A stretch of DNA of 64,000 nt from Thermodesulfobacteriota bacterium (GTDB taxonomy: Bacteria > Desulfobacterota > Binatia > Bin18): the NCBI GenBank assembly GCA_964291405.2, contig OZ219926.1, forward strand, positions 3,200,001 to 3,264,000. The letters run 5' to 3'. Positions within the stretch are counted from its first letter, which is position 1; the number at the start of each line of letters is the position of its first letter. The position numbers and the translations under genes were made by a program. A model generated the notes under the pieces. It was given only the letters and a program-made list of their open reading frames with translations. It searched no databases and had not been told where the DNA came from. Below are positions 9,960 through 18,974 of this stretch, in pieces.

Positions 9960-11055
9960 GCGGTGCAGAGCGGCGACTCCGGCCCATCCGGTCGACCAGA
10001 CTTCTGATGGCCGAGAGAATGCCGCGTTCCATGGTCTGCTGATAGACACCAGCGGGAGGCAATTCCGCTTGCAATTGACGATGGAGCCGTCCGAGACTGT
10101 GGTAGGGGACGTTGGGTAAGAGGTGGTGGAGCGCGTGATAGCGAAGACCCACAGGGGCAGCAAGAACGGTTAGCATTGGCCAGCCACACATATTGACGGA
10201 ATCGAGCAGTTGCTCGGTCACACTCAACCGCCGTCCGGTATTGTCATACCGATGAGCCGCTAACGTCCGGATTTGGTTCACGATCAACATGCCAAACGTC
10301 ACGACATACCACTGCGCGAGCCAGACACCAGGGATCTGTCCTGCGTACCAGCTTACACCTACCAGCCAGACAACCAGCGCGGCTGCCCATTCCTGGACGA
10401 ACCACTGTGACCGATATTGCTTTCCTGGCAGAGGGCGGCGATACGCCGGATTGATCACCAGGGTGGAAGCCCGCTGAATAACGATCTTTCGCAATGGGGG
10501 AACAACAAACGAAAGAGGACCGATGATCCCCCATCGCAGTGGCAACAAGATGGGCACAACGCAGACGCTCAGAACAAACCGGACCAGACCGAGAGGTGTG
10601 CCGTGAACGAGCGGCGCATACTCGGGGTCGTCGGCTGTCCCGAAGGTATGAGGTCGGTGATGATCTCCATGTGAGCCCACATACATGAGACTGGGAAGCA
10701 TGAAAGGCAGACCGATCAAGGCGTGCCAGGCGTATTCAAAACCAGGCAGGCTGCCCCGCTTCTGGTGGGCCATTTCATGAATGAATAAGGCGGCGCGGAG
10801 AAGGGCGAGGAGAGCAGTACTCGTCGTCGCGAGATAGGCCAGAGAACCGAATGGTTGCTGGATACTCAACCAAAAGGCCGTCCAGCCCAGCAGAGAAGAC
10901 AGCAAGAGATCGAGCCAATAGATGTTAGCCTTGGGCCGGAACGCGGAGGCAAAGCGCTTCCGCACCTGCGCAGCGAACTGCTCGTCCGACATCTCGACAA
11001 GAAATTCGTTTTGGGACGCCACAGATAAATGCTCCGATTGTTTGCTCGGCATCAT
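9928..11055 (-). CDS. Membrane fatty-acid (possibly sphingolipid) desaturase
   Basis: Three His boxes HEMAH, HGDHH, HALHH plus TM segments. Confidence 0.88.
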   Translation of the reverse strand: MMPSKQSEHLSVASQNEFLVEMSDEQFAAQVRKRFASAFRPKANIYWLDLLLSSLLGWTAFWLSIQQPFGSLAYLATTSTALLALLRAALFIHEMAHQKRGSLPGFEYAWHALIGLPFMLPSLMYVGSHGDHHRPHTFGTADDPEYAPLVHGTPLGLVRFVLSVCVVPILLPLRWGIIGPLSFVVPPLRKIVIQRASTLVINPAYRRPLPGKQYRSQWFVQEWAAALVVWLVGVSWYAGQIPGVWLAQWYVVTFGMLIVNQIRTLAAHRYDNTGRRLSVTEQLLDSVNMCGWPMLTVLAAPVGLRYHALHHLLPNVPYHSLGRLHRQLQAELPPAGVYQQTMERGILSAIRSLVDRMGRSRRSAPLNEEHVGEEA

Positions 11056-11270
11056 ATAGGAGCCTCTATAAGAGCGACCAGAACAGCGTTGTCAAGGGAG
11101 TGTTGTTAAACGATAGAAAGGTATTTTTAGAAACAGTGTTATTATTAATAAAACCCCATGTTAGCTATGTTACCCCTTGGTTAAATGGGGGAAATCTGTT
11201 ATCTAGCGTCCGACTTTACGTGATTCGAGCTACTGTGAGTACCCGGGGAATAACACCACGTGTCCCGCTG

Positions 11271-12269
11271 GTGAAGGCAGGCACCCGTGTCCTTGTGACC
11301 GGAGGAACTGGCTTTATTGGCTCGCACCTTGTTGATGCGCTCATCGAACACGGTGTCCAGCCGCGCGTGCTCGTTCGCCCGGCGAGTGATATTGCGCGAC
11401 TCGCCCGTGATCAGGCTGACAAGGTCGAACTGGTCACGGGCGCGCTTGAAGACCAACATAGTCTGACGCAAGCGGTCTCTCAAGTCGACACCGTCTTTCA
11501 TCTCGCAGCAGTGACAAAAGCCTGCACCGAGGAGGAGTATCTGCGCGCGAATGCTGAGGGAACGCAGAGGCTTGTTCAGGCTATGCGGGCCGCGCAGCCG
11601 CGCCCGCGACGACTGATCTATCTGAGTTCACTCGCGGCGGCGGGTCCGGCACGAGACGGGCGGCCGGTTGAACCGCGCGACGAGCCACACCCGCTTACTG
11701 CCTATGGGCGGAGTAAGCTCATCGGAGAACAGGCCTGCTGCGCTGCGTCCGACGCCTTCGGGGTTGTTATGCTTCGCGCGCCGGTGGTCTACGGCCCACG
11801 GGAGAAAGACTTCTTTTTGCTCTTCCGTCTTGCGGCCCGTGGTGTTTTGCCGCTGCCAGCAGGCCCGGAGAGCGTTGTGCAACTCGTCCACGTCACCGAT
11901 CTCGTCCAGGCGATGCTCCGCGCAGCTACCATGCCAGACGCTCGTGGGCTCTATCATGTGGCCGAATCACGCTCCTATAGCTGGAGCGAAATTGCCACGT
12001 GCATAAGCCGGGCCGTTGGGCGTTCCGTCCATATGGTTCGTATCCCACGGTTTCTCGTACAGATGGCGGCAACGGTGAGCGAAGGAGGAGCCGCCGCCAT
12101 CGGGCGAACAACGATATTCAATCGCGAAAAAGTCAAGGAACTACTTGCTCCCGGTTGGCTGTGCGAAACCACGCTGGCCAAGCAGGAGTTGGGATTTGAG
12201 GCGCAGGTTCCGCTGGCAACCGGATGTGTTGAAACCGCAGCATGGTATAGACAACAGACATGGTTATAG
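11271..12269 (+). CDS. NAD-dependent epimerase/dehydratase (extended SDR), CerR-like ceramide reductase candidate
   Basis: VLVTGGTGFIG, HLAA, YGRSK; directly upstream of spt. Start codon uncertain (GTG 11235 or 11271). Confidence 0.8.
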   Translation: MKAGTRVLVTGGTGFIGSHLVDALIEHGVQPRVLVRPASDIARLARDQADKVELVTGALEDQHSLTQAVSQVDTVFHLAAVTKACTEEEYLRANAEGTQRLVQAMRAAQPRPRRLIYLSSLAAAGPARDGRPVEPRDEPHPLTAYGRSKLIGEQACCAASDAFGVVMLRAPVVYGPREKDFFLLFRLAARGVLPLPAGPESVVQLVHVTDLVQAMLRAATMPDARGLYHVAESRSYSWSEIATCISRAVGRSVHMVRIPRFLVQMAATVSEGGAAAIGRTTIFNREKVKELLAPGWLCETTLAKQELGFEAQVPLATGCVETAAWYRQQTWL

Positions 12270-12363
12270 CAAACACCGTCATGAGGGAGACTGTGATAAA
12301 ACCGGAACCGCGACAGGCCACCCACACCGACAATCGGGGATGTCAGGCAGAGAGGGGAACGGG

Positions 12364-13557
12364 ATGAACCTTTTCGAGAAATGCACTCGTTTTACCCGTG
12401 CTCGAGAGGCTCAGGCGACTGGGTATTATCCGTTTTTTACACCAATAGAATCATCTGAAGGAACTGAGGTTATGGTGCGAGGGGAGTCCAAGGTGATGAT
12501 GGGCTCCAATAACTATCTCGGCCTCACCCATCACCCCAAGGTGTTGGCGGCAGCCGAGGCCGCTCTCAGACGCTATGGCAGTGGGTGTACCGGCAGTCGT
12601 TTCTTAAACGGGACGTTGGATTTACACGATGAACTCGAAGCACGCTTAGCCTGTTTTCTCAACAAAGAGGCCGCACTCGTTTTCAGTACGGGCTATCAGA
12701 CCAATTTAGGTATCCTGGCAACCCTGATCGGAAAAAAGGATTATCTCTATCTGGATAAGCTTGATCACGCCAGCGCGGTAGACGGCTCTCAGCTTGCCCA
12801 CGGGACCGTGCTCCGCTATCCGCATGGGGACCTTGAAACCCTGGAACAGCAGTTGCAGAGGACCCCGCCCAAGGCGGGGAAGCTGATTGTTACTGATGGT
12901 ATTTTTTCCATGGAAGGCGATATTGCCGACCTGCCGAGTTTGGTTGCCCTGGCCGAGCAATACCATGCCGAGATTATGGTTGATGATGCCCATGCCTTTG
13001 GGGTGTTGGGCAAGAACGGTGGGGGGACGGCGCAGCATTTCGGGGTAGAGGACCGGGTCGGTCTTATTATGTCGTCATTCTCCAAGTCTTTGGCCGCGAT
13101 TGGCGGTGTGGTGGCTGGTCCGGAGCCCGTTATTCACTACCTGAAACACCACGCCCGTTCTTTGATTTTTAGCGCCAGCATGCCGCCGCCGTCGGTGGCT
13201 ACGGTGTTAACCGCCCTGCAGATTATTGAAGAAGAGCCCGAGCGACGTGCGGCCTTGTGGCGTAATACCCGCCGCATGCAGGCGGGGCTCAAGAATCTGG
13301 GCTATAATATCGGGACGAGTGATACGCCGGTGATTCCCATTATTGTCGGGGATATGTGGTTAATGGGCATGATCTGGAAGGAATTGTTTGATTCCGGTAT
13401 CTTTACAAATCCGGTTATCCCTCCGGCCGTCCCTGAGAATTCGTGTCGGATTCGGATTTCCATGATGGCAACCCACACCGATGAACAGATCGACTTTGTC
13501 TTAGATGTCTTTGCCCGTATTCGGCCCCACATCCAGGTGGAGAAGGTTGCCGTGTAG
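12364..13557 (+). CDS. spt: Serine palmitoyltransferase (AOS family, PLP-dependent)
   Basis: N-terminus MNLFEKC..F...GYYPFF typical of bacterial SPT; GSNNYLGL, GCTGSRFLNGT, DHAS, DDAH, SFSKSLA (PLP lysine). Followed by a bCerS-like GNAT. Confidence 0.85.
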   Translation: MNLFEKCTRFTRAREAQATGYYPFFTPIESSEGTEVMVRGESKVMMGSNNYLGLTHHPKVLAAAEAALRRYGSGCTGSRFLNGTLDLHDELEARLACFLNKEAALVFSTGYQTNLGILATLIGKKDYLYLDKLDHASAVDGSQLAHGTVLRYPHGDLETLEQQLQRTPPKAGKLIVTDGIFSMEGDIADLPSLVALAEQYHAEIMVDDAHAFGVLGKNGGGTAQHFGVEDRVGLIMSSFSKSLAAIGGVVAGPEPVIHYLKHHARSLIFSASMPPPSVATVLTALQIIEEEPERRAALWRNTRRMQAGLKNLGYNIGTSDTPVIPIIVGDMWLMGMIWKELFDSGIFTNPVIPPAVPENSCRIRISMMATHTDEQIDFVLDVFARIRPHIQVEKVAV

Positions 13558-13625
13558 GAGCGGCTTCTCTGTACTGGGTAATGTTTCAGCGAGTGCCGAG
13601 CAGACCCAGCTGTGCCGCACTATAG

Positions 13626-14753
13626 ATGCCCAGAGACGTACGGATAGCCCCGGTCCGTAACCGGCGGGACTTGCGTCATTTCACCCAACTGCCGTGGCAA
13701 CTGTATAGCGACGACTTGGCTTGGGTCCCGCCGCTGCTTTTTGATCTGAAAAAACTCCTCTCTCCAAAAAAGCATCCTTTCCACAGACACGCCGATGTCC
13801 AATATTTTCTTGCCCGCCTGAATGGGCAGATCGTGGGACGGATTGCGGCCATTGTCAATCATCGTCATATCCAGTTTCACAATGAGTCGGTTGGCTTCTT
13901 CGGTTTTTTTGAGAGTATTGACGACCAGGAGGTTGCCCGGGCGTTATTGGCCGCCGCAGAACAGTGGGTCGGTCAGCGCGGAGTGCGGAGCATTCGGGGA
14001 CCGATGAGCTTCTCGACCAACGAGGAATGTGGACTGTTAGTCGATGGTTTCCACGCGGCCCCCATGGTGATGATGCCCCACCATCGTCCCTACTATGCCC
14101 GGCTGCTCCGAATCGCAGGCTATGCCAAGGCCAAGGATTTATTCGCCTATCTCATCGATCTGCGTGAAGATGCGACTATCCCCGAACGGCTTGTGCAGGG
14201 GGTCGAACGCCTACGGAAAAAACAAGCCATCACTATCAGGTCCATCGATCTCCATCGGTTCACAGAAGAAATCCGAGTATTGCACGCCATCTATCATAGG
14301 GCTTGGGCGCAAAACTGGGGCTTCGTGCCAATGACTGAGGCCGAGGTGGACCTGCTTGCCAACACGCTGCGCCTCGTCGCTGATCCCAGGCTTTGTCTTA
14401 TCGCCGAACTGGAGAGCCGACCGGTTGGCTTTGCCCTCGCACTGCCGGACTATAATCAGGCTCTGCGGCACATGAACGGCAGATTATTCCCGTTCGGCTT
14501 CCTCAAGTTTCTGTGGTATCGACGCCGGATTGATGCCCTGCGGATTCTCTTGCTTGGTACCAACCCAGACGTACGTGTGCGTGGCCTTGACGCCATGCTG
14601 TATCTCAAACTCTGGCAAGATGTCCCTGCCTACGGCTATCGTCTCGTAGAATGTTCGTGGATTCTTGAAGATAACTGGGCCATGCAGCGCGGTCTCGAAC
14701 GCATGGGCGCTCAGGTATACAAAACCTATCGGATATTTGAGAAAACGCTGTAG
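13626..14753 (+). CDS. GNAT-fold N-acyltransferase, bacterial ceramide synthase (bCerS)-like
   Basis: WVPPL, VGRIAAIVN, GFFGFFESIDD, GPMSFSTNEECGLLVDGF, NWGFVPMT, ECSWILEDN; adjacent to spt. Confidence 0.82.
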   Translation: MPRDVRIAPVRNRRDLRHFTQLPWQLYSDDLAWVPPLLFDLKKLLSPKKHPFHRHADVQYFLARLNGQIVGRIAAIVNHRHIQFHNESVGFFGFFESIDDQEVARALLAAAEQWVGQRGVRSIRGPMSFSTNEECGLLVDGFHAAPMVMMPHHRPYYARLLRIAGYAKAKDLFAYLIDLREDATIPERLVQGVERLRKKQAITIRSIDLHRFTEEIRVLHAIYHRAWAQNWGFVPMTEAEVDLLANTLRLVADPRLCLIAELESRPVGFALALPDYNQALRHMNGRLFPFGFLKFLWYRRRIDALRILLLGTNPDVRVRGLDAMLYLKLWQDVPAYGYRLVECSWILEDNWAMQRGLERMGAQVYKTYRIFEKTL

Positions 14754-14799
14754 AGCTGAGGGAAGCGCGCCCGAGCCGACACCCGGCTCAGGCGTCGGC

Positions 14800-15381
14800 T
14801 TACTCCTTATCAGCATTGGCGTCCAGCAGGTGTTGCATCTGGGGGTCGAGCTCGACCCCCAAGCCGTCTGCGAGTCGATTCATAAAATTGAACACACAGG
14901 TGATAAGGACAATATCGACGACATTCTCCTCACTGAAACCGTACTGTTGTAAGAACTCGAGGTCTTCCCGTTTCACCGTCGCCGGAGCGCGGGTTAGCTT
15001 GAGCGCAAAATCGATCATGGCCCGATCCTGTGCTCCGAGCGGGGCGTTCTCCGGGTCGGTCTTCAAGTGCCGAACCAAACTGTGATCGCCCGATTCCATA
15101 CGCAGAAACTCTGCGTGGGAAGAGCGTCAATAATGGCAGTGATTGAGGACGGACACCGAGGTGGCAATCATTTCTTCGCGGACGCGTCCCAGGGTTGACG
15201 CTCCAAACGTGATACCCATATTCATCTGCCACACCCCGAGTAACGCCTCTGGGCGTAGCCCCATACAGGCGATGACATTGGCTATCCGCCCACCGCTCAT
15301 CGGGTGTTGACGGACCTCTTCGTACACTTCAGCCAGCCGTCCGGTTGCCTCGTCTTCTGCAAATGTTGTCACCCACGCCAT
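14800..15381 (-). CDS. AhpD/carboxymuconolactone-decarboxylase-like peroxidase with selenocysteine (CHYU, TGA at 15129-15127)
   Basis: RBS AAGGAGG before ATG 15381. ...EMIATSVSVLNHCHY-TGA-RSSHAEFLRMESGD... continues in frame into ORF 14800..15099 (ALKLTRAP...FNFMNRLADGLG). Confidence 0.85.
15087..15126 (-). promoter_or_regulatory. Candidate bacterial SECIS hairpin
   Basis: Directly 3' of the UGA: CGCUC-UUCC-C-ACGCAGA-[GUU]-UCUGCGU-AU-GGAA-UC-GGGCG. Perfect 7-bp apical stem, G-containing loop starting 18 nt after the UGA. Confidence 0.75.
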
Positions 15382-15514
15382 ATCGTCCTCCTTCTTGGCA
15401 ATGCTCTGGTTTATAAAAGAAAGAGACCCTGGCAGAAAGAGACCGCGACAGGACCAATCTCCTTGCCAGATGATATCTGTCCCCCTAGACTGCCAGCCAG
15501 ACAGCGGAGAACAC

Positions 15515-15772
15515 ATGGCAACAGGCAATCAGTTCGGTGGAGGCAGACGCTTCCTGTATCATTGGTTTCGGCGGGAGACGGTGAGGCGTGCCCTGAAGGT
15601 GGCCGGCATCGTGGGACCCATCCTGACCGTGATCAATCAGTACGATCTGCTTTGGAATCTCGACTTCTCTCCCCGATTGGGTTTCAAGATCGCCCTGACT
15701 TTCCTCGTCCCGTATAGTGTCTCGTCCTATTCTTCTGCCAGGGCTTATATGGACAAAGAGCGCTCCGGCTGA
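15515..15772 (+). CDS. Small membrane protein, NrtS-like family
   Basis: RRALKVAGIVGPILTVINQ...LTFLVPYSVSSYS pattern; GGAGA RBS. Confidence 0.7.
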   Translation: MATGNQFGGGRRFLYHWFRRETVRRALKVAGIVGPILTVINQYDLLWNLDFSPRLGFKIALTFLVPYSVSSYSSARAYMDKERSG

Positions 15773-15832
15773 CACGAGCCGCTGATTCAGGGATAATGGT
15801 GTGTAGGAGCCCCGCTCAATAAGGAGGCTGCG

Positions 15833-16426
15833 ATGGCCCGATTTACTGGTGTGAATCACCTGGCGTTTGTCACTGGCGATATGGATAAGACGGTCCGTTT
15901 CTGGCGCGACCTGCTCGGCATGCGCTTGGTCGCCACGATTGGTGAACCAGGCTTCCGGCATTATTTCTTTGAGCTGTCCGAGACCGACACGGTGGCCTTT
16001 TTCGAATGGGCCGGAGCAGAGCCTGTCCCGCAAAAGCGGCACGGCGTTGCCTTCCGTGGTCCGATCGCCTTTGACCATGTCGCGTTTGGCGTTGAGTCTG
16101 CCGATGAGTTATGGGAGCTCAGAGACAAACTGATGGCCGCGGACTATGAGGTTTCAGGTCCGATAGATCATGGCTTTATCCATTCGATCTACGCCTTTGA
16201 CCCCAACGGGATTCCAGTTGAGTTCAGCTATAACGTCCCCGGTATCGACATCCGCCGGACGCCGGTCTTTGGCGACAGCCAGCCCGCCACCACAGCCCAG
16301 GAGGGATCGGAACCCCAACCCGACAAATGGCCCGCCGTTCTCCGACCCACTCTGCCCGAACACCGGACCATCAAGAAAGGGGCGGGGAGTACGCTGGGGG
16401 CATACCGGGAGAAAGCTGCGCGCTAG
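15833..16426 (+). CDS. VOC/glyoxalase family protein
   Basis: GVNHLAFVT, FDHVAFGV, SIYAFDPNGIPVE. Confidence 0.88.
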   Translation: MARFTGVNHLAFVTGDMDKTVRFWRDLLGMRLVATIGEPGFRHYFFELSETDTVAFFEWAGAEPVPQKRHGVAFRGPIAFDHVAFGVESADELWELRDKLMAADYEVSGPIDHGFIHSIYAFDPNGIPVEFSYNVPGIDIRRTPVFGDSQPATTAQEGSEPQPDKWPAVLRPTLPEHRTIKKGAGSTLGAYREKAAR

Positions 16427-16499
16427 GGCTCATCTTCCTGTTGCACACTGATGCCGGGGCAGTACGCCTACGGCTTGTGACTCGGAACGGAGAACTGCG

Positions 16500-17099
16500 C
16501 TAGAACGCGGCAAGGGGTGTTGTCAGCTCCTGCTCAGCCTGAGGGTTGACGATAGGGTCGGCGCTCAGGTCCACATCCTTAGCCGCCCGCATGGTGCCAA
16601 AGACCCAGTCCGCCACGACGTTCACCACGTTGAGATTCTGGTAGGGATAACGATGATGAATATAGTGATGGGTATGCACGAATCGAAACGCTTGGGTGCG
16701 TTCGACCCAGCGGTTGCGTGGGACGTGCATACAATAGTGAATGTATTCGTACAGGGCATAATCGAGGGCCAAGGCAAGGAGCCCACCAACACAGACGGAC
16801 CAGCCAAACGCCCAGCCCAGGCCGAGGAGGAGGGGCAGATGCAGCCCGATGAGCAGCGGCGCATTCCACCACGCAAAGGTGACCTTTTTGGGATCAACCC
16901 CAGGCTGGATATGGTATGTGGCGTCAGCCCGGAAGAGCCCGTGGTGGACGAGGGCGTGGGCCTGGAATGAGTAGGGTAAGGTCAGGGTGTGCATCAAATA
17001 CTTGTGCAGTGCCCATTCAAAAAAGCTGGAATACAGAACGAGTCCAATAAAGCCGATTGTGCCTTTTGCGAGTCCCCAGAGAAGCGGTTCCAGTGTCAA
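16500..17099 (-). CDS. Fatty-acid hydroxylase/sterol desaturase superfamily protein
   Basis: Four His boxes HKYLMH, HALVHH, HYCMH, HHYIHH; TTG start after AGGAAAGG. Confidence 0.8.
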   Translation of the reverse strand: MTLEPLLWGLAKGTIGFIGLVLYSSFFEWALHKYLMHTLTLPYSFQAHALVHHGLFRADATYHIQPGVDPKKVTFAWWNAPLLIGLHLPLLLGLGWAFGWSVCVGGLLALALDYALYEYIHYCMHVPRNRWVERTQAFRFVHTHHYIHHRYPYQNLNVVNVVADWVFGTMRAAKDVDLSADPIVNPQAEQELTTPLAAF

Positions 17100-17392
17100 T
17101 GTGTGCTACCTTTCCTGTGTTTCCCTCCCCCACCTCAGTTCTTCGTCTCGCGGACAGAGAAAGGACGCTCTGGGGATGCGGTATGAAATCCGTTTGTGCA
17201 CTCTATTTGATAAAGTCATGACTGTATAGAGAAAAGCGCCCTACCTGGCAATAGCCTCTTTGGTTGGAACCGGCCGTGCTGTCTGTCCCGATTCATGTCG
17301 GCAGCAGACCGATCATACTTGACGCTCGGGGAGAACTTGCCTAAAGGGTGGAAGCGCCTCAGACCGATTGCGCACAGCTGGGGGAGGGCCCT

Positions 17393-18523
17393 ATGTCCAC
17401 ACCTTCATCGATTCCTATGCAGGACTACTTTGTCGTTTCCGCAGACTGCCATGTGCTGGAGCCGCCCGACCTCTGGGAGAAGCGGATTGAGACCAAATTT
17501 CGTCACCGGATTCCACGTTTGACGGTCGATGCCAATGGGCGGAAATGGCTAGTCGTTGAGGGACAGGAGAAAAAGCGTATCCGGGACTTCACCCTGAGCG
17601 GAGAAGATTTAGAGCGGGCCAAGGGTGGGACTTTTGACCTTGCGCGGCGTCAGCAGGATTTGGCTCGGGACGGGATTGACGCCGAAGTCATTTACCCCAA
17701 CCGTGGGCTGCTGATGTGGACATCACCTGACCCGGCCATGCAAACCGCCATGTGCCGGGTGTGGAATGACTGGGCTATTGAGGTCTTCAGCCTAGCGCAA
17801 AAAATATCCATCCCCACCGCCGCCATTGCGCCGCAAGATGTGGACGCCGCGGTGAAGGAGGTCCAGCGCGTCGCCGAGTTAGGCTATAAAACCGTTTTCC
17901 TGCCAGTCACCGTTCCAGACCAGCCCTATAATCTCCCGCTGTACGACCCGCTGTGGGCAGCTATTCAAGAAACCGGGATGCCGATGAGCTTCCACGTGGG
18001 AACGGGCAAAGACCCACGGACCGCCTCAGGCAATGGCGGGGCGATTATCAATTATGTTGTCCATGCCTTATCGACGGCGATTGATCCGGTTGTCCACCTG
18101 TGTGCGTCCGGGGTGCTGGAGCGTTTTCCCGCGCTCAAGTTTGTGACCGTTGAGGCCGGGATTGGCTGGCTGGCCTGGACACTCTGGGTCATGGACGAAG
18201 GCTTTCACAAACACCACTTCTGGATTGCCCCCAAGCTGTCGATGCCGCCGAGTGAATATTTTCGCCGTCAAGGCTATGCGACCTTTCAGGACGACCCGGT
18301 TGGCCTGGAGACGCGTAAATGGATCGGTATTGATCGGCTCTTGTGGGGGGATGATTATCCGCATCACGAAGGAACCTGGCCGCGTTCACAGGAAGCCATC
18401 GACCGGACTATGGGCGATCTCACCGAGTCCGAACGACGTCGAGTCCTGGGGCTCAATGCGGCCCAACTGTACGGTTTTGAGCTACCCGTGGTTCAGCCCG
18501 ACGTCGAGGAGAGTCGGGTATGA
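17393..18523 (+). CDS. Amidohydrolase family 2 protein
   Basis: SADCHVLEP, SFHVG, VEAGIGW, WGDDYPHHEGTWP. Confidence 0.9.
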   Translation: MSTPSSIPMQDYFVVSADCHVLEPPDLWEKRIETKFRHRIPRLTVDANGRKWLVVEGQEKKRIRDFTLSGEDLERAKGGTFDLARRQQDLARDGIDAEVIYPNRGLLMWTSPDPAMQTAMCRVWNDWAIEVFSLAQKISIPTAAIAPQDVDAAVKEVQRVAELGYKTVFLPVTVPDQPYNLPLYDPLWAAIQETGMPMSFHVGTGKDPRTASGNGGAIINYVVHALSTAIDPVVHLCASGVLERFPALKFVTVEAGIGWLAWTLWVMDEGFHKHHFWIAPKLSMPPSEYFRRQGYATFQDDPVGLETRKWIGIDRLLWGDDYPHHEGTWPRSQEAIDRTMGDLTESERRRVLGLNAAQLYGFELPVVQPDVEESRV

Positions 18524-18855
18524 GCGCCGAACGACCCGAGACGTTGCGCCTGGACTGGGGGGAGACCGAGAAAGCGCCCGCAGACCGGAAGCGCTGGCTG
18601 GGCGCGTGGTTGGTCAGTCAGGAGGGGGAAGAAGGCGACTATTTTTACGATGGTCCCGGCGGGCAGCAAACGACGCATTGCGTGCCGCCCGAAGCCATCG
18701 GCTTTCGCCTGCGCTGGTACCCGAGTGAGAATGAGGTCAGCGTCAACCTTGAACTCGGCCCTATGGCCAGTGTGGTCGATGACTACCTCTTTGCCGAGCA
18801 GGCAGGCCCAGAGCTGACGCTTGCCGTACTGGAGCTATTGCCCGAACAGCGCTGA
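18520..18855 (+). CDS. Hypothetical acidic protein
   Basis: ATGA overlap with the amidohydrolase stop and host-like codon style; no motif recognised. Confidence 0.65.
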   Translation: MSAERPETLRLDWGETEKAPADRKRWLGAWLVSQEGEEGDYFYDGPGGQQTTHCVPPEAIGFRLRWYPSENEVSVNLELGPMASVVDDYLFAEQAGPELTLAVLELLPEQR

Positions 18856-18974
18856 CACGCCATGTCTCTCTGGCTGTTCTACCAGGCACGCCGGGAATGT
18901 GGTGTGAGTGCCAGCGGGTTCCGATGTGGATGCCCCTGGTTGGCGAAGAGAGGGCTGGAAATTCACGGAGGGGA

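Noticed and set aside
12364-13557. Annotation as BioF or Kbl
   Set aside because: The N-terminal pattern and the bCerS/CerR-like neighbours favour Spt; no bio or tdh genes are nearby.
15127-15528. Stand-alone 133-aa gene as given by the ORF track
   Set aside because: The RBS supports a start at 15381, and the TGA is better explained as selenocysteine.
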